This document shows positions 1-11,081 of a DNA stretch of 64,000 bases, in pieces. The stretch is from Octopus bimaculoides. Taxonomy: Eukaryota. The notes below the pieces were generated by a model, which was not told the origin of the DNA, searched no databases, and saw only the letters and a list, made by a program, of their open reading frames with translations. Made by a program: the position numbers and the translations under genes. The number at the start of each line of letters is the position of its first letter. Within the stretch, counting starts at the first letter, position 1. The DNA is taken from NCBI RefSeq assembly GCF_001194135.2, contig NC_068995.1, forward strand, positions 57,178,068 through 57,242,067, given 5' to 3'.

Positions 1-3000
1 GTATGTATGTATGTATGTATATATATGCATACGCGCGCGCGCGCGGTCACTATACAAACGTACACATGTCAGCTGTCATATATAATGTTAAAACTTATTT
101 ACATTATCTTTTTCTCTTTTTTTACTGATGTCTACCCTTTTGTTCGTCTGCTTTTCGTTTTCATTTATATGTTTACCAAAATATGAAGAATTATACATGA
201 AATATAAAATGATATCTACGTTTCTCTCTCTTTTTCAGTTCTTAGCTAGACATGCAGAAATAAAAAATAATAATATAATGATGAAAACGAATAAAGTAAA
301 CTATTGTTTTGTGTCATAAAACTTTCTCCATCTTCGTTGATATGTTTTATATTCTATTAATTATGATATTTTTCTTCTATCTGAAGAGTCTGATAAATTA
401 ATTTTCTCAATCGAATATTAAAATTGATAATTGAAAATGTTTTCTTTTTTTTTCTTTTTTTTTTTTTTTGTAGATTTTGATTTGATAATTAAAATAGTAA
501 AGTTTATTATGTTATATAATTCATTTCTTCGAAAACTTTCAACTGACTGAAAATGGGTCCCGAATATGAAGGCTGTTTGTTGAAAGAAATACCATGTCTT
601 TATTTGCTGTATTTAATATTGATGGCAATCATTATATTCTTGTTATAAATATTATTGAATTTTTTTTTTATCATCCTCCTGGCGGTTGTTGTTGTTATTT
701 TTTGTTATTACCAAATAAACGTGACATGGCTTCATTCCTATCTACAATTCCAATAAAATTATCAATTCCTTTTAAAATATCTATTTCTATTTTATTTTAT
801 ATTTTATTTTTGGTCAAATGAAACTCTTGCTTTGGTTTCCATATTTTTATAGTTACTTATCAAAAATATATTTCCGACAGACGATTGGAAACTGCAATTC
901 AGTTTCCAATCTCAACAATTTTCGTATCATTTAACTTAGGCTTCCCGTAAAAGGTGTGTGTGTGTGTGTGTACATAGATACATACATACACACACACGGA
1001 TGTGTTTGTATGTATGCATGTATGTATGTGCATAATCGTTTAAAATTCAAGATTTTTGGCTCCCAAACTGAAAACAATTGAATTGATAAGAAAATAATAG
1101 TAATGAAATTAAAAAAAAAACAATAATAAAAATTGTCACTCTATAACGAGTTTAGANNNNNNNNNNNNNNNNNNNNNNNNNNNNNNNNNNNNNNNNNNNN
1201 NNNNNNNNNNNNNNNNNNNNNNNNNNNNNNNNNNNNNNNNNNNNNNNNNNNNNNNNNNNNNNNNNNNNNNNNNNNNNNNNNNNNNNNNNNNNNNNNNNNN
1301 NNNNNNNNNNNNNNNNNNNNNNNNNNNNNNNNNNNNNNNNNNNNNNNNNNNNNNNNNNNNNNNNNNNNNNNNNNNNNNNNNNNNNNNNNNNNNNNNNNNN
1401 NNNNNNNNNNNNNNNNNNNNNNNNNNNNNNNNNNNNNNNNNNNNNNNNNNNNNNNNNNNNNNNNNNNNNNNNNNNNNNNNNNNNNNNNNNNNNNNNNNNN
1501 NNNNNNNNNNNNNNNNNNNNNNNNNNNNNNNNNNNNNNNNNNNNNNNNNNNNNNNNNNNNNNNNNNNNNNNNNNNNNNNNNNNNNNNNNNNNNNNNNNNN
1601 NNNNNNNNNNNNNNNNNNNNNNNNNNNNNNNNNNNNNNNNNNNNNNNNNNNNNNNNNNNNNNNNNNNNNNNNNNNNNNNNNNNNNNNNNNNNNNNNNNNN
1701 NNNNNNNNNNNNNNNNNNNNNNNNNNNNNNNNNNNNNNNNNNNNNNNNNNNNNNNNNNNNNNNNNNNNNNNNNNNNNNNNNNNNNNNNNNNNNNNNNNNN
1801 NNNNNNNNNNNNNNNNNNNNNNNNNNNNNNNNNNNNNNNNNNNNNNNNNNNNNNNNNNNNNTCTCTCTCTCTCCCTCTATCAACACCATTCAAAATTCTT
1901 TACCGCGGCTTGTTTCGGCATCAGACCTACGCTTTTGTATTTGTTTCGCTTTTATTTTTACCTCTTTTACAATTTCTTCGTCGTCTTTTTTTTTTTTTCC
2001 AATCCCTCCAGTTCGATTAGACACAATTACTTCATGACATCTTTACCCTTTTCGCTTTTACAAACCGTCCACTATAATATATATATATACTCGAGTTATA
2101 GATGACACCTTTTGTTTGACAACTTTCACTTATGGAACAAACAAAAAAATTCCACCTAATAATACTCATATAGAATATTTATTTATCTTATTCTATGCGG
2201 GCGAACAGCGGCAGTGCAACACAATAGTAGCATTAGGTGTTTGCCGTCTAGGTCGGTGTTTGTGTCGGCCGTCTCTCTTTTATTATAACAGCAATAATAT
2301 AGAGCATTCAAAAGAAGCACGATTTCCTTTTCAATTGCAATCTGTTACGTTATTCACTAGTAAAGCTTAAACAATCATGTAGATATATACTTAGGCAGAC
2401 TTTGAAGAAGTTCAAATCACAAGAGCGTATGTAGGCGACACGACGACAAGATTTTTAATTTTTGACGAGCAGTGTAGAAATGTAGAAATAAGTCCCTGCG
2501 GGGTCGCAACAGGATTTCACTTCTCTGTTGAGCCAATTTACTTTAATTAAGTTGCTAATACTCTCAAGAAAGGCATGAATGCCACACAATTTATAAATGT
2601 ATGTTGTGCACTTATAGAGGCGACTAGTTTTCAAGTCCTGGCTTAAAACAGAAAGATAAATATATATCTAGCTGATTCCTTTCTCGAGGACCTGTCAATC
2701 ATTTACAAAACACTGACCGTCTTTTCCATTCAATAATCAAATTACAACTTCTTCCTGGTTTCTTATTTCTGTCTTAAATGTTTAATCGGTGATATTTTGG
2801 TGTGGCATTTTTATATTAAAAGTCCTTGATATAATAATCAGATAATTAGAGTTAAAAATTATAAACAAATTTCTCACATTTTGTGCTAAAAATGACAGTG
2901 TCTATCGATCCGAAGACAATTTATTTATTTTTCTTTCTGTCCACAACATCATCGGCTCATTCATTTATTCCTTCGTTCACTTATTTATAATACATAATAT

Positions 3001-3308
3001 TTTCAAAAACTATCGCTAAACAACATCCGATTTGGGGCGAATCAAATAAAATCTATTTCTTATATAGATTCGAAAGAGGGGAAAAAATGAAAAAGAAAAA
3101 GAAAAAAAAAACATGGAGCAAAAGTAAAAGGAAAACAAGGAAAGTACGAAAGTAATTATTCGATGATTTAATACTTTCTTCAGAGCGTGAGATGTGTTCT
3201 ATTATATTACAAACGGCAGGCAGTATGTGTTTCGTTCAAAATCCACTTGAATGATGATTTCGTTCATTCTTCTTTCACTTCTCGATGCCAGACTGCTATG
3301 GTTAAAAG

Positions 3309-3345
<37 letters not shown>

Positions 3346-4934
3346 CCAAAAGTCACCAAGAAGCATCTCCAAAATATTGAACGAAACTAAACCAAAAATA
3401 ATTATCAACAACAATTATAATTTATATTCATAATTATTTCGAAAATATCTATGTATCTATCTATCTAATTATCTATCTATCTATCTATCTATCTACATGT
3501 CTGTCTACCTGTCTGTCTGTCTAACTACTTAAATTTTCTTTATTTTTGTCGTCTTTTCCCTAGTATCCACTCTAAAAGGGCTCGTTACGAAATATTTAAT
3601 GACCGTAACATTTCGTTACCGGAGGAAATTCCTTAAATACGGAGGCATGAAATAGCGACAAAGAACACCGATATGAGAGTATTTAGCAAAGCAAAATGTA
3701 AACAAAACATTTCGAGAGCCGACACAAAATCATATTTATTTATAATTGACCTGTCTGTTGTCAAGCACACACTATAAATTAGACAATATACACATCTAAC
3801 TTAGTTACGCCTCTTTCGTTCAAGATTATGAATACCACGCAAACACGCGCTCATACTTACACATGAGATACACAAAAGTATTTATATAAATACACACACA
3901 TATTTATATAATAAATATGTGTGTGTGTGTGAATATGCATGTATTTATGTATGTATATATACATACATACATATATATATATAATTATATATATATATAC
4001 GTACGCACATACTTTGGTATATCTATGATACAAGAATAATAACGTTGATATACACATATTATTTTCATATATTTATTTCTTTATTCAATATTGAATAATA
4101 TGTATAGTCATCTATATTGACGCTTACATACATACACACACAAATACACATACGTAGATACATGCATACATGCACACATACATATATATAATATACATAT
4201 GTTTGTGTGTGTGTGTGTGTATATATATNNNNNNNNNNNNNNNNNNNNNNNNNNNNNNNNNNNNNNNNNNNNNNNNNNNNNNNNNNNNNNNNNNNNNNNN
4301 NNNNNNNNNNNNNNNNNNNNNNNNNNNNNNNNNNNNNNNNNNNNNNNNNNNNNNNNNNNNNNNNNNNNNNNNNNNNNNNNNNNNNNNNNNNNNNNNNNNN
4401 NNNNNNNNNNNNNNNNNNNNNNNNNNNNNNNNNNNNNNNNNNNNNNNNNNNNNNNNNNNNNNNNNNNNNNNNNNNNNNNNNNNNNNNNNNNNNNNNNNNN
4501 NNNNNNNNNNNNNNNNNNNNNNNNNNNNNNNNNNNNNNNNNNNNNNNNNNNNNNNNNNNNNNNNNNNNNNNNNNNNNNNNNNNNNNNNNNNNNNNNNNNN
4601 NNNNNNNNNNNNNNNNNNNNNNNNNNNNNNNNNNNNNNNNNNNNNNNNNNNNNNNNNNNNNNNNNNNNNNNNNNNNNNNNNNNNNNNNNNNNNNNNNNNN
4701 NNNNNNNNNNNNNNNNNNNNNNNNNNNNNNNCATACGATAGCGTGAATGTCTAATGTAAAGCAACGAACATTATTCATTGTTAGAATACGTAAGAAAATA
4801 GATCTTAAATTATTTTTTAGATTAATAAACTCGAATCTAAAATTATCGAAACGTTAAAAATGATTTTAAGATTCTCTTGGATAATTTTCATCGTTTATGC
4901 CAGACACAAACGTTGTCTAAGAATGAGTAGCTAA

Positions 4935-5100
4935 GAGTGCACTCCACTCGAAGTGCACTACATGGAGTGTACACTCGGAGTGCGCACTTCTGCACCGTCC
5001 TGCTTATCTGGCTTGCTCCGACGAAGTGTCATTGCGCAAGCGCAGTACAGTTTGATTGGCTGCGCAGTGACGTGTGCGCAGGTCGTCTGTGGTTCCAGCT
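4935..5100 (+). promoter_or_regulatory. Candidate onecut promoter (TATA-less, CpG-rich)
   Basis: Abrupt GC/CpG-rich patch. It contains NRF1-like TGCGCAAGCGCA (5033-5044), a reverse CCAAT box TGATTGGC (5053-5060), CRE/E-box-like GTGACGTG (5067-5074) and repeated TGCGCA. It lies 2.3 kb upstream of the coding exon. No transcript evidence. Confidence 0.5.
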
Positions 5101-5402
5101 GTCCAAACATGGAGGTACAGCAGCAGCAGCAGCAGGCACAGCTCGGCCACCACCACCACTATCTGCGACCTTTTATCTACCACTTCTGCGTTAGTACTAC
5201 CACTCCTACTATCCAAAGTACCACTCCTATTATCGACTGTACTACTACCACTTATCTACCACCCTCAACAACAGCCCGTACAGCAGCTTGCTACACTACC
5301 TAGCATGTATGTCTACTACAACTACCACCATCACTGCAACCACCACCACCACTACTACTACTATTACTCCTCTTGTTGTTGATGTCGACTGGCCTACTCT
5401 GC
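5100..5402 (+). other. Candidate upstream (5') exon of onecut
   Basis: Follows the promoter-like patch and ends at a donor-like TGC|GTAAGG (5403). A good acceptor TTTTGTGTGCTTGTAG ends at 7351, 2 nt before ATG 7354. The 5' boundary is approximate. Confidence 0.4.
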
Positions 5403-5677
5403 GTAAGGCAACCCCCAATTTTTTTCTTTTTTTACACGCACTTGTACACTCCTCCTACTGGAATTAACCGATATTACGACGATTATTACAACAGCCATCA
5501 CTACTACTAACAACAGACAACACTCCTTCTTCTCTTCTGCCGAGCTCTTTGATTTTTTTTATCATTTAACACACACCCTAACACTTTGACGTACACGCAC
5601 TCACGCACTCATTCGCACACACACACGCACACACGCACGGAGGCAGGCAGGTGCGTCTTGCATCCATCCATACTGCA

Positions 5678-5711
<34 letters not shown>

Positions 5712-6317
5712 GAATCTCTAAAGTCATTTCCACACGTTCATACATACACGTCTGTACTAATATAATTGTCTAGTTATCGAATTTTTACTTCACTGAAAAT
5801 TCCTTCCATGTTTGTTATTCTATATAATTTTTTTTCTTCTTACGATTACCTTCCCTAGTTCTTATTTATTTGTCATCTCCCTCACTACGTTTCATTAATC
5901 CTATTCATTTAACCCTACCGTTCTTTTTCGCAGCTTCCGCAATACATCATTATCATTATTATTATTATTATTACTATTCATCCATAGTCCTTTCTTTTCT
6001 GTTTCACTACTAAATCTCTTTTCGCTCTTCATTCAGCAGTCCACTTTCTCTTTCGCTTTCCACATCGCTCTTTATATTTCTTCGCTTTAACTACATTTGT
6101 CCGAAACATCACATTTCTATCCACCATAAATTCTGTTCCCACTTTAACCTGTATTCTTCGAGATAATAATTCATTCTACGCCTCGATATTGTTATTTGTC
6201 ACACAAAAAAAGCCTCTTATTGTTCTTACTTTTTGTTATATATATAGATGTGAATAACAAAATCTCCATTGATCGCAATCGCTAATAAACATAGCCTCCT
6301 TATTATATATAAATACA

Positions 6318-6356
<39 letters not shown>

Positions 6357-6815
6357 GTACTCGTTTGGTTTTTTCGCTGCACATGAATACAAATTGCATT
6401 CACTCACCTCCACGTACTTATTCTATGTACATACATAGATGCTCACATATTCGGTCACAGCACCAAATAGCTAAGGCTTCACTCGTATCTATTCATTATT
6501 AGTAGTGGTACCACTCACTACACTATACTCTGGCGCTTCAAATACCACTCAGACAAGCATTATTTATTTCCCTGTGCTCCCCAGCTTTAGTCATGTGTAT
6601 AAAGATATAATCATCCCGATTTCACTTAAATTATTTGTTTATTTATTTGTTATATTTATTATATATTTATTTGCACACTGATATTCATACACGCACGCAC
6701 ATATATGTATATATATAGACAAACATACACGTCAATACACACACACACACGTTATATATATAAGTAAATATACTGATAAAAAAAAACAATAATAATAACC
6801 ACACTACACACAAAA

Positions 6816-6847
<32 letters not shown>

Positions 6848-7353
6848 ACAAAAGCTACGGACAGAGTGAGTTAAGAGAGAAGAAAGGCAAATTAAATTGA
6901 AGCCAAGTGGCAAAGAGTGTGTCGTCATAGTAGTAGTGTTGGCGGAGAAAGAGAGAGAGAGAGCCGTCCGGCAACAAAAACATCGAACTTAACTAGTAAC
7001 AAGTAATCGCATATATATAAGTATATATATATAGCTTTTGGAAAAAGAAAGGAAGAGGGGAAAGAGAGAGGGAAAGAAAATAAATTTATAGACAGAAAGA
7101 GGACGAAAAAGGAAATTAAAAGAAAGGTGGGGAAACAATATATACACATATATATATAAATAATAATAATAATTCTTTAAAGAAACAATAACAAAGCAAG
7201 AGTGACAGTTATTTATTATCACACCCTCCTCTCACAAATTACGATCATCATCAACATCATCGATAAGAACAATAACAATAATAATAATAATAATAACAAC
7301 AACAACAACCGATATTCTTCGATCGTTTCGTTTCGTTTTGTGTGCTTGTAGGA

Positions 7354-8679
7354 ATGACGATGGAAAACATGGGCGAACTTGCGGATCAACAAATCAACGA
7401 GTCGTCGTCTGTGGCAGCCTCTGGTGGAGGTGGAGGTGGAGGAGGAGGAGGAGGANNNNNNNNNNNNNNNNNNNNNNNNNNNNNNNNNNNNNNNNNNNNN
7501 NNNNNNNNNNNNNNNNNNNNNNNNNNNNNNNNNNNNGTAATGGAGGAGCAGGTGGAGGCGGCGGTGGCGGAGGAGGAGGAACAGAAGGAGGCGGCAGCGG
7601 CGGCGGCGGAGGAGGAGGAACGGCAGGCGGAGGAGGAGGAGGAGGAGGCCATGTAACAGCAGCGGCGGCTGCAGCGGCTGCGGCGGCGGCGGCGGCAGCC
7701 TCAGAATACACAGTAAGTCCCCACGACCTGTCGCCTTCTAACATTGCCGCAGCACGTTCCTCCTCGGAGGCCATCCCCGTCAGTGTGAGCACCATGATCG
7801 ACAGCAGTGAGTTCCGCTCCCAGATGGGCGAAGCAGCCACCTACCAGACTTTGAACGGCCGGATGAGTCCCGGCTACAGCCCCAACAACAGTTACGCCAC
7901 CCTGACGCCACTGCAGCCTCTGCCGCCCATTTCCACCGTGTCGGACAAGTTTAGCGCTCATCACGTTCCCCCAACGTCGAACGTCAGCGGCAGTTTTACA
8001 CTGATGCAAAATAATGGACTAGGAATGGACATGAACTACCGTTACGATAAACTGACCAGTATGGGTATGAGCATGGGCACAGCCCTGGGTGGCAGCCCCA
8101 TGTCCTCAATGATGGCTAGCAACGGCTACCAACAAGGGCTAAGCTCGTACGGGTATGGCCACGGCCAGAACGGGCTCCATTCGCCCAAGCCCGAACCGAA
8201 AATGGTTTCCCCTACCAACTACGAAGCTTATCGAAGCAGCCTCGGCGCACCACCACCAAGTTCTTCGAGGCTTCCCTCACCTAGTGGCATGATGCCGACC
8301 CCGTCATCTATGAATGGTTTGCAAACTTCAGTGGCCACTTCGTCCCCTCACAGCCATCACAGCATGAGTCCCCAGCGCGAGCGACCATCTACGTCCTCTA
8401 GCTCGTCCGAATCTCAACAGTCGTCATCTAATAAAGAAGTGGAAGAAATTAACACCAAGGAGTTAGCACAAAAGATTAGTAGCGAACTGAAAAGGTACAG
8501 TATCCCACAGGCTGTGTTCGCTCAGAGAGTGCTGTGTCGGAGCCAAGGGACCCTCAGCGATCTGTTAAGAAACCCTAAACCCTGGAGCAAACTTAAGTCC
8601 GGACGTGAAACTTTTCGGAGAATGTGGAAATGGTTACAAGAACCCGAGTTTCAAAGGATGTCGGCTCTTAGACTTGCAG
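7354..8679 (+). CDS. onecut: ONECUT/HNF6-class CUT-homeobox transcription factor, CUT-domain coding exon (partial CDS; homeodomain exon not seen)
   Basis: CUT domain EEINTKELAQKISSELKRYSIPQAVFAQRVLCRSQGTLSDLLRNPKPWSKLKSGRETFRRMWKWLQEPEFQRMSALRLA (8442-8679) is near-identical to ONECUT proteins as I remember them. Also present: TP box YATLTPLQPLPPISTVSDKF (7893-7952), NVSGSFTLM motif, and N-terminal MTMENMGEL (cf. human ONECUT1 LTMEAIGEL). Donor CAG|GTAAGC at 8679/8680 is phase 1, the conserved CUT/homeodomain intron position. The frame changes across the N-gap 7456-7536, which I interpret as a gap-size artefact. Confidence 0.96.
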
Positions 8680-8985
8680 GTAAGCAAACAAACTCATTTA
8701 TATTTTATGTTTTTGCCTTTAAAAAAATCACATTTTTTTTTGTACATGTGTGTATGTCAATACATATCTATCAATACAATATATAAAGGTAAACATTCAT
8801 ATATACACACACACATGTATATATAGACACAAATTTAAATATATGTATGTATATATATATATATATATATGCTCACATAAAAACATAGGTACATACATAA
8901 GTTGTATTATATATATATANNNNNNNNNNNNNNNNNNNNNNNNNNNNNNNNNNNNNNNNNNNNNNNNNNNNNNNNACATATATAT

Positions 8986-9020
<35 letters not shown>

Positions 9021-11040
9021 CACACAACTGATGAGTTGTAGCTTTCAAAAAAGAAAAAAGAAATAACTAATGTGTCTGTATTACATATCGTTACATTTCC
9101 CAAACTTTATTTCCAAACCTTTAATATCTACATCAAAAAAAAAAAACCAATCCGTGGTAGTCTTTTGTTACTTTCTTTCCCTTCTCAGACAAAAAGAAAA
9201 AAAAAAAAAAGAAAAAAGGAAAGAAAACAGTTTAGTTTGTGTTTAATAAGTTGGTCTGAAATTCATTTTCTCTGCTCTCCCGCTTCACGTATATCTCTCT
9301 CTTTCTAACCTTCGCAGATCGGTCCTAAGCAGTTTCCTTGTTGAAATAATAACTTGTGTAGTTTCAAGTTAATAGTTTTAGTGTTGTGGCACCTGTTTGT
9401 TTCTCATCCCTCTCATTCTCTTTTAGTCGATACAGCCTGCTGGCAGTAGTTGTCGGAATCAGATCTCCCCTCTTTTCCATCTCAAGTCTTACCTTTAACC
9501 ATCTTTATTTTCTTAAAAAAAAAAAAGCAGGAAAACAACCAAACTTGATTTAGGATATCCAAATTTTATAGAAGTCACCAATTCTACACACATCTCATCA
9601 TTAGATTAAGTTAATATTAACAGAAGCACACACACAGACAGACACACATTCGCGCGCACTCATGCTGTGGCTATAAGTTTATGCAAAATTAACTAACTCC
9701 GATTCAATGCATAGAATATGCGTGTGCGCGCTCGTGTGTGTGTGTGTGTGTGTACAATAGGTAATTGTGTGGTTCCTGTTATATAAACCCGGCGACCCCT
9801 GATCGTGCAGATTTCTGTATGGCACAAAGCTAGTCAGTCAGGGAGCAATATTCAAATGTGTGTGTGTGTGTTTCTTGTGAGAAATGTTTAGGGTTTTTTG
9901 TTTACGAAACAACACCGACGTGTTGAATGTGTCAAGCTGGACAGAGAGAGAGAAATCGACTGCTTCCACATGTCTTCTGCTGGTATTCCTATTGACATCT
10001 TCAAAACAATAACATACCCTCTCTTGTCGCCAAACCGGCATCTACCGCCTTTCTTCTTCTATTTCTCAGCTGGTCCAATTATTTCAAAATATTACCAACA
10101 CTGTTTTTTTTAATTATCATTAACAACATTGACACTTGTTGATATGTGTGCACATACATACATACATACATACATGCACACACAAGATAACAGCTCGCCT
10201 CTTTAATACTTATTAAGAATAATGATAGTTTTAAGTAAGCATAATACTAAAAATGATGAAAACGATTACAGTTAGTAATTACTTGCTGTAACTTTATTGT
10301 TTAATGGACTTTGTTACGGCAACAGGTGCCTCTGGTGGTCTCTCTCTGTCTCATTCACACACACACACACGTATGTGTATGTATGGTGTGTGTGTATATA
10401 TGTATGTATGTAATTATGTATGTGTGTATATTTTGTTGTCTGGAGAGAGTCGTTCTCTTTTAGTGCCTTAAGAATCTTGCAAACCAAATCCAAAATCGAA
10501 ATATATATATGTATGTGTGTGTGTGTGAAAATCATCCTTACGTCGCCAGGCCATAGAAAAATCGTGGCACATCTATCTGCCTGCATGTATGTATGTATGT
10601 ATGTATGCATGTATGTATGTATGCATGTATGTATGTATGTATGTGTCAGGTCCTTGGTGAATTAGGCTTATTTAACCAATATTTCAAACTCAAAACAACC
10701 ACCGCCAAGAAGGGCTCAAAGTTGTTTGTCGGAGGAGACTAGTGATTTTCTTTAAATGTGGTTTATCTGAAAACCTAAGCCCGATGTTAAATGAAAACCC
10801 GCTTATTTTAAACCTAAACGGAACTCTGTTATCCCTATTTCCTAAGAATTCTTCCCTTTATTTTCCTTAATTTGTTACCATTTTTGACCAATACTTTCAC
10901 TTCGACCCGTGTCTTTGTTTCGCGTTTTAACATTTTCTGTTTCATCATGGCTCCAGCAAAATACACACACGTATATATATATATATATATAGCGTAAAGA
11001 GAGAGCATGGTAAGGTCATGATCTTAGTGATTATTATCTC

Positions 11041-11081
<41 letters not shown>

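Noticed and set aside
1133-2020. Long ORFs spanning N-runs (also at 4065-4778, 21086-21990, 24393-25197, 35018-35814, 59533-60197)
   Set aside because: They are open only because N codons contain no stops.
7394-7840. Antisense and alternate-frame ORFs over the onecut exon
   Set aside because: Shadows of GC-rich, triplet-repeat coding sequence.
10736-10749. 14-nt identity to miR-7 (AGACTAGTGATTTT)
   Set aside because: The seed differs (AGGAGAC versus GGAAGAC) and no complementary star arm lies downstream.
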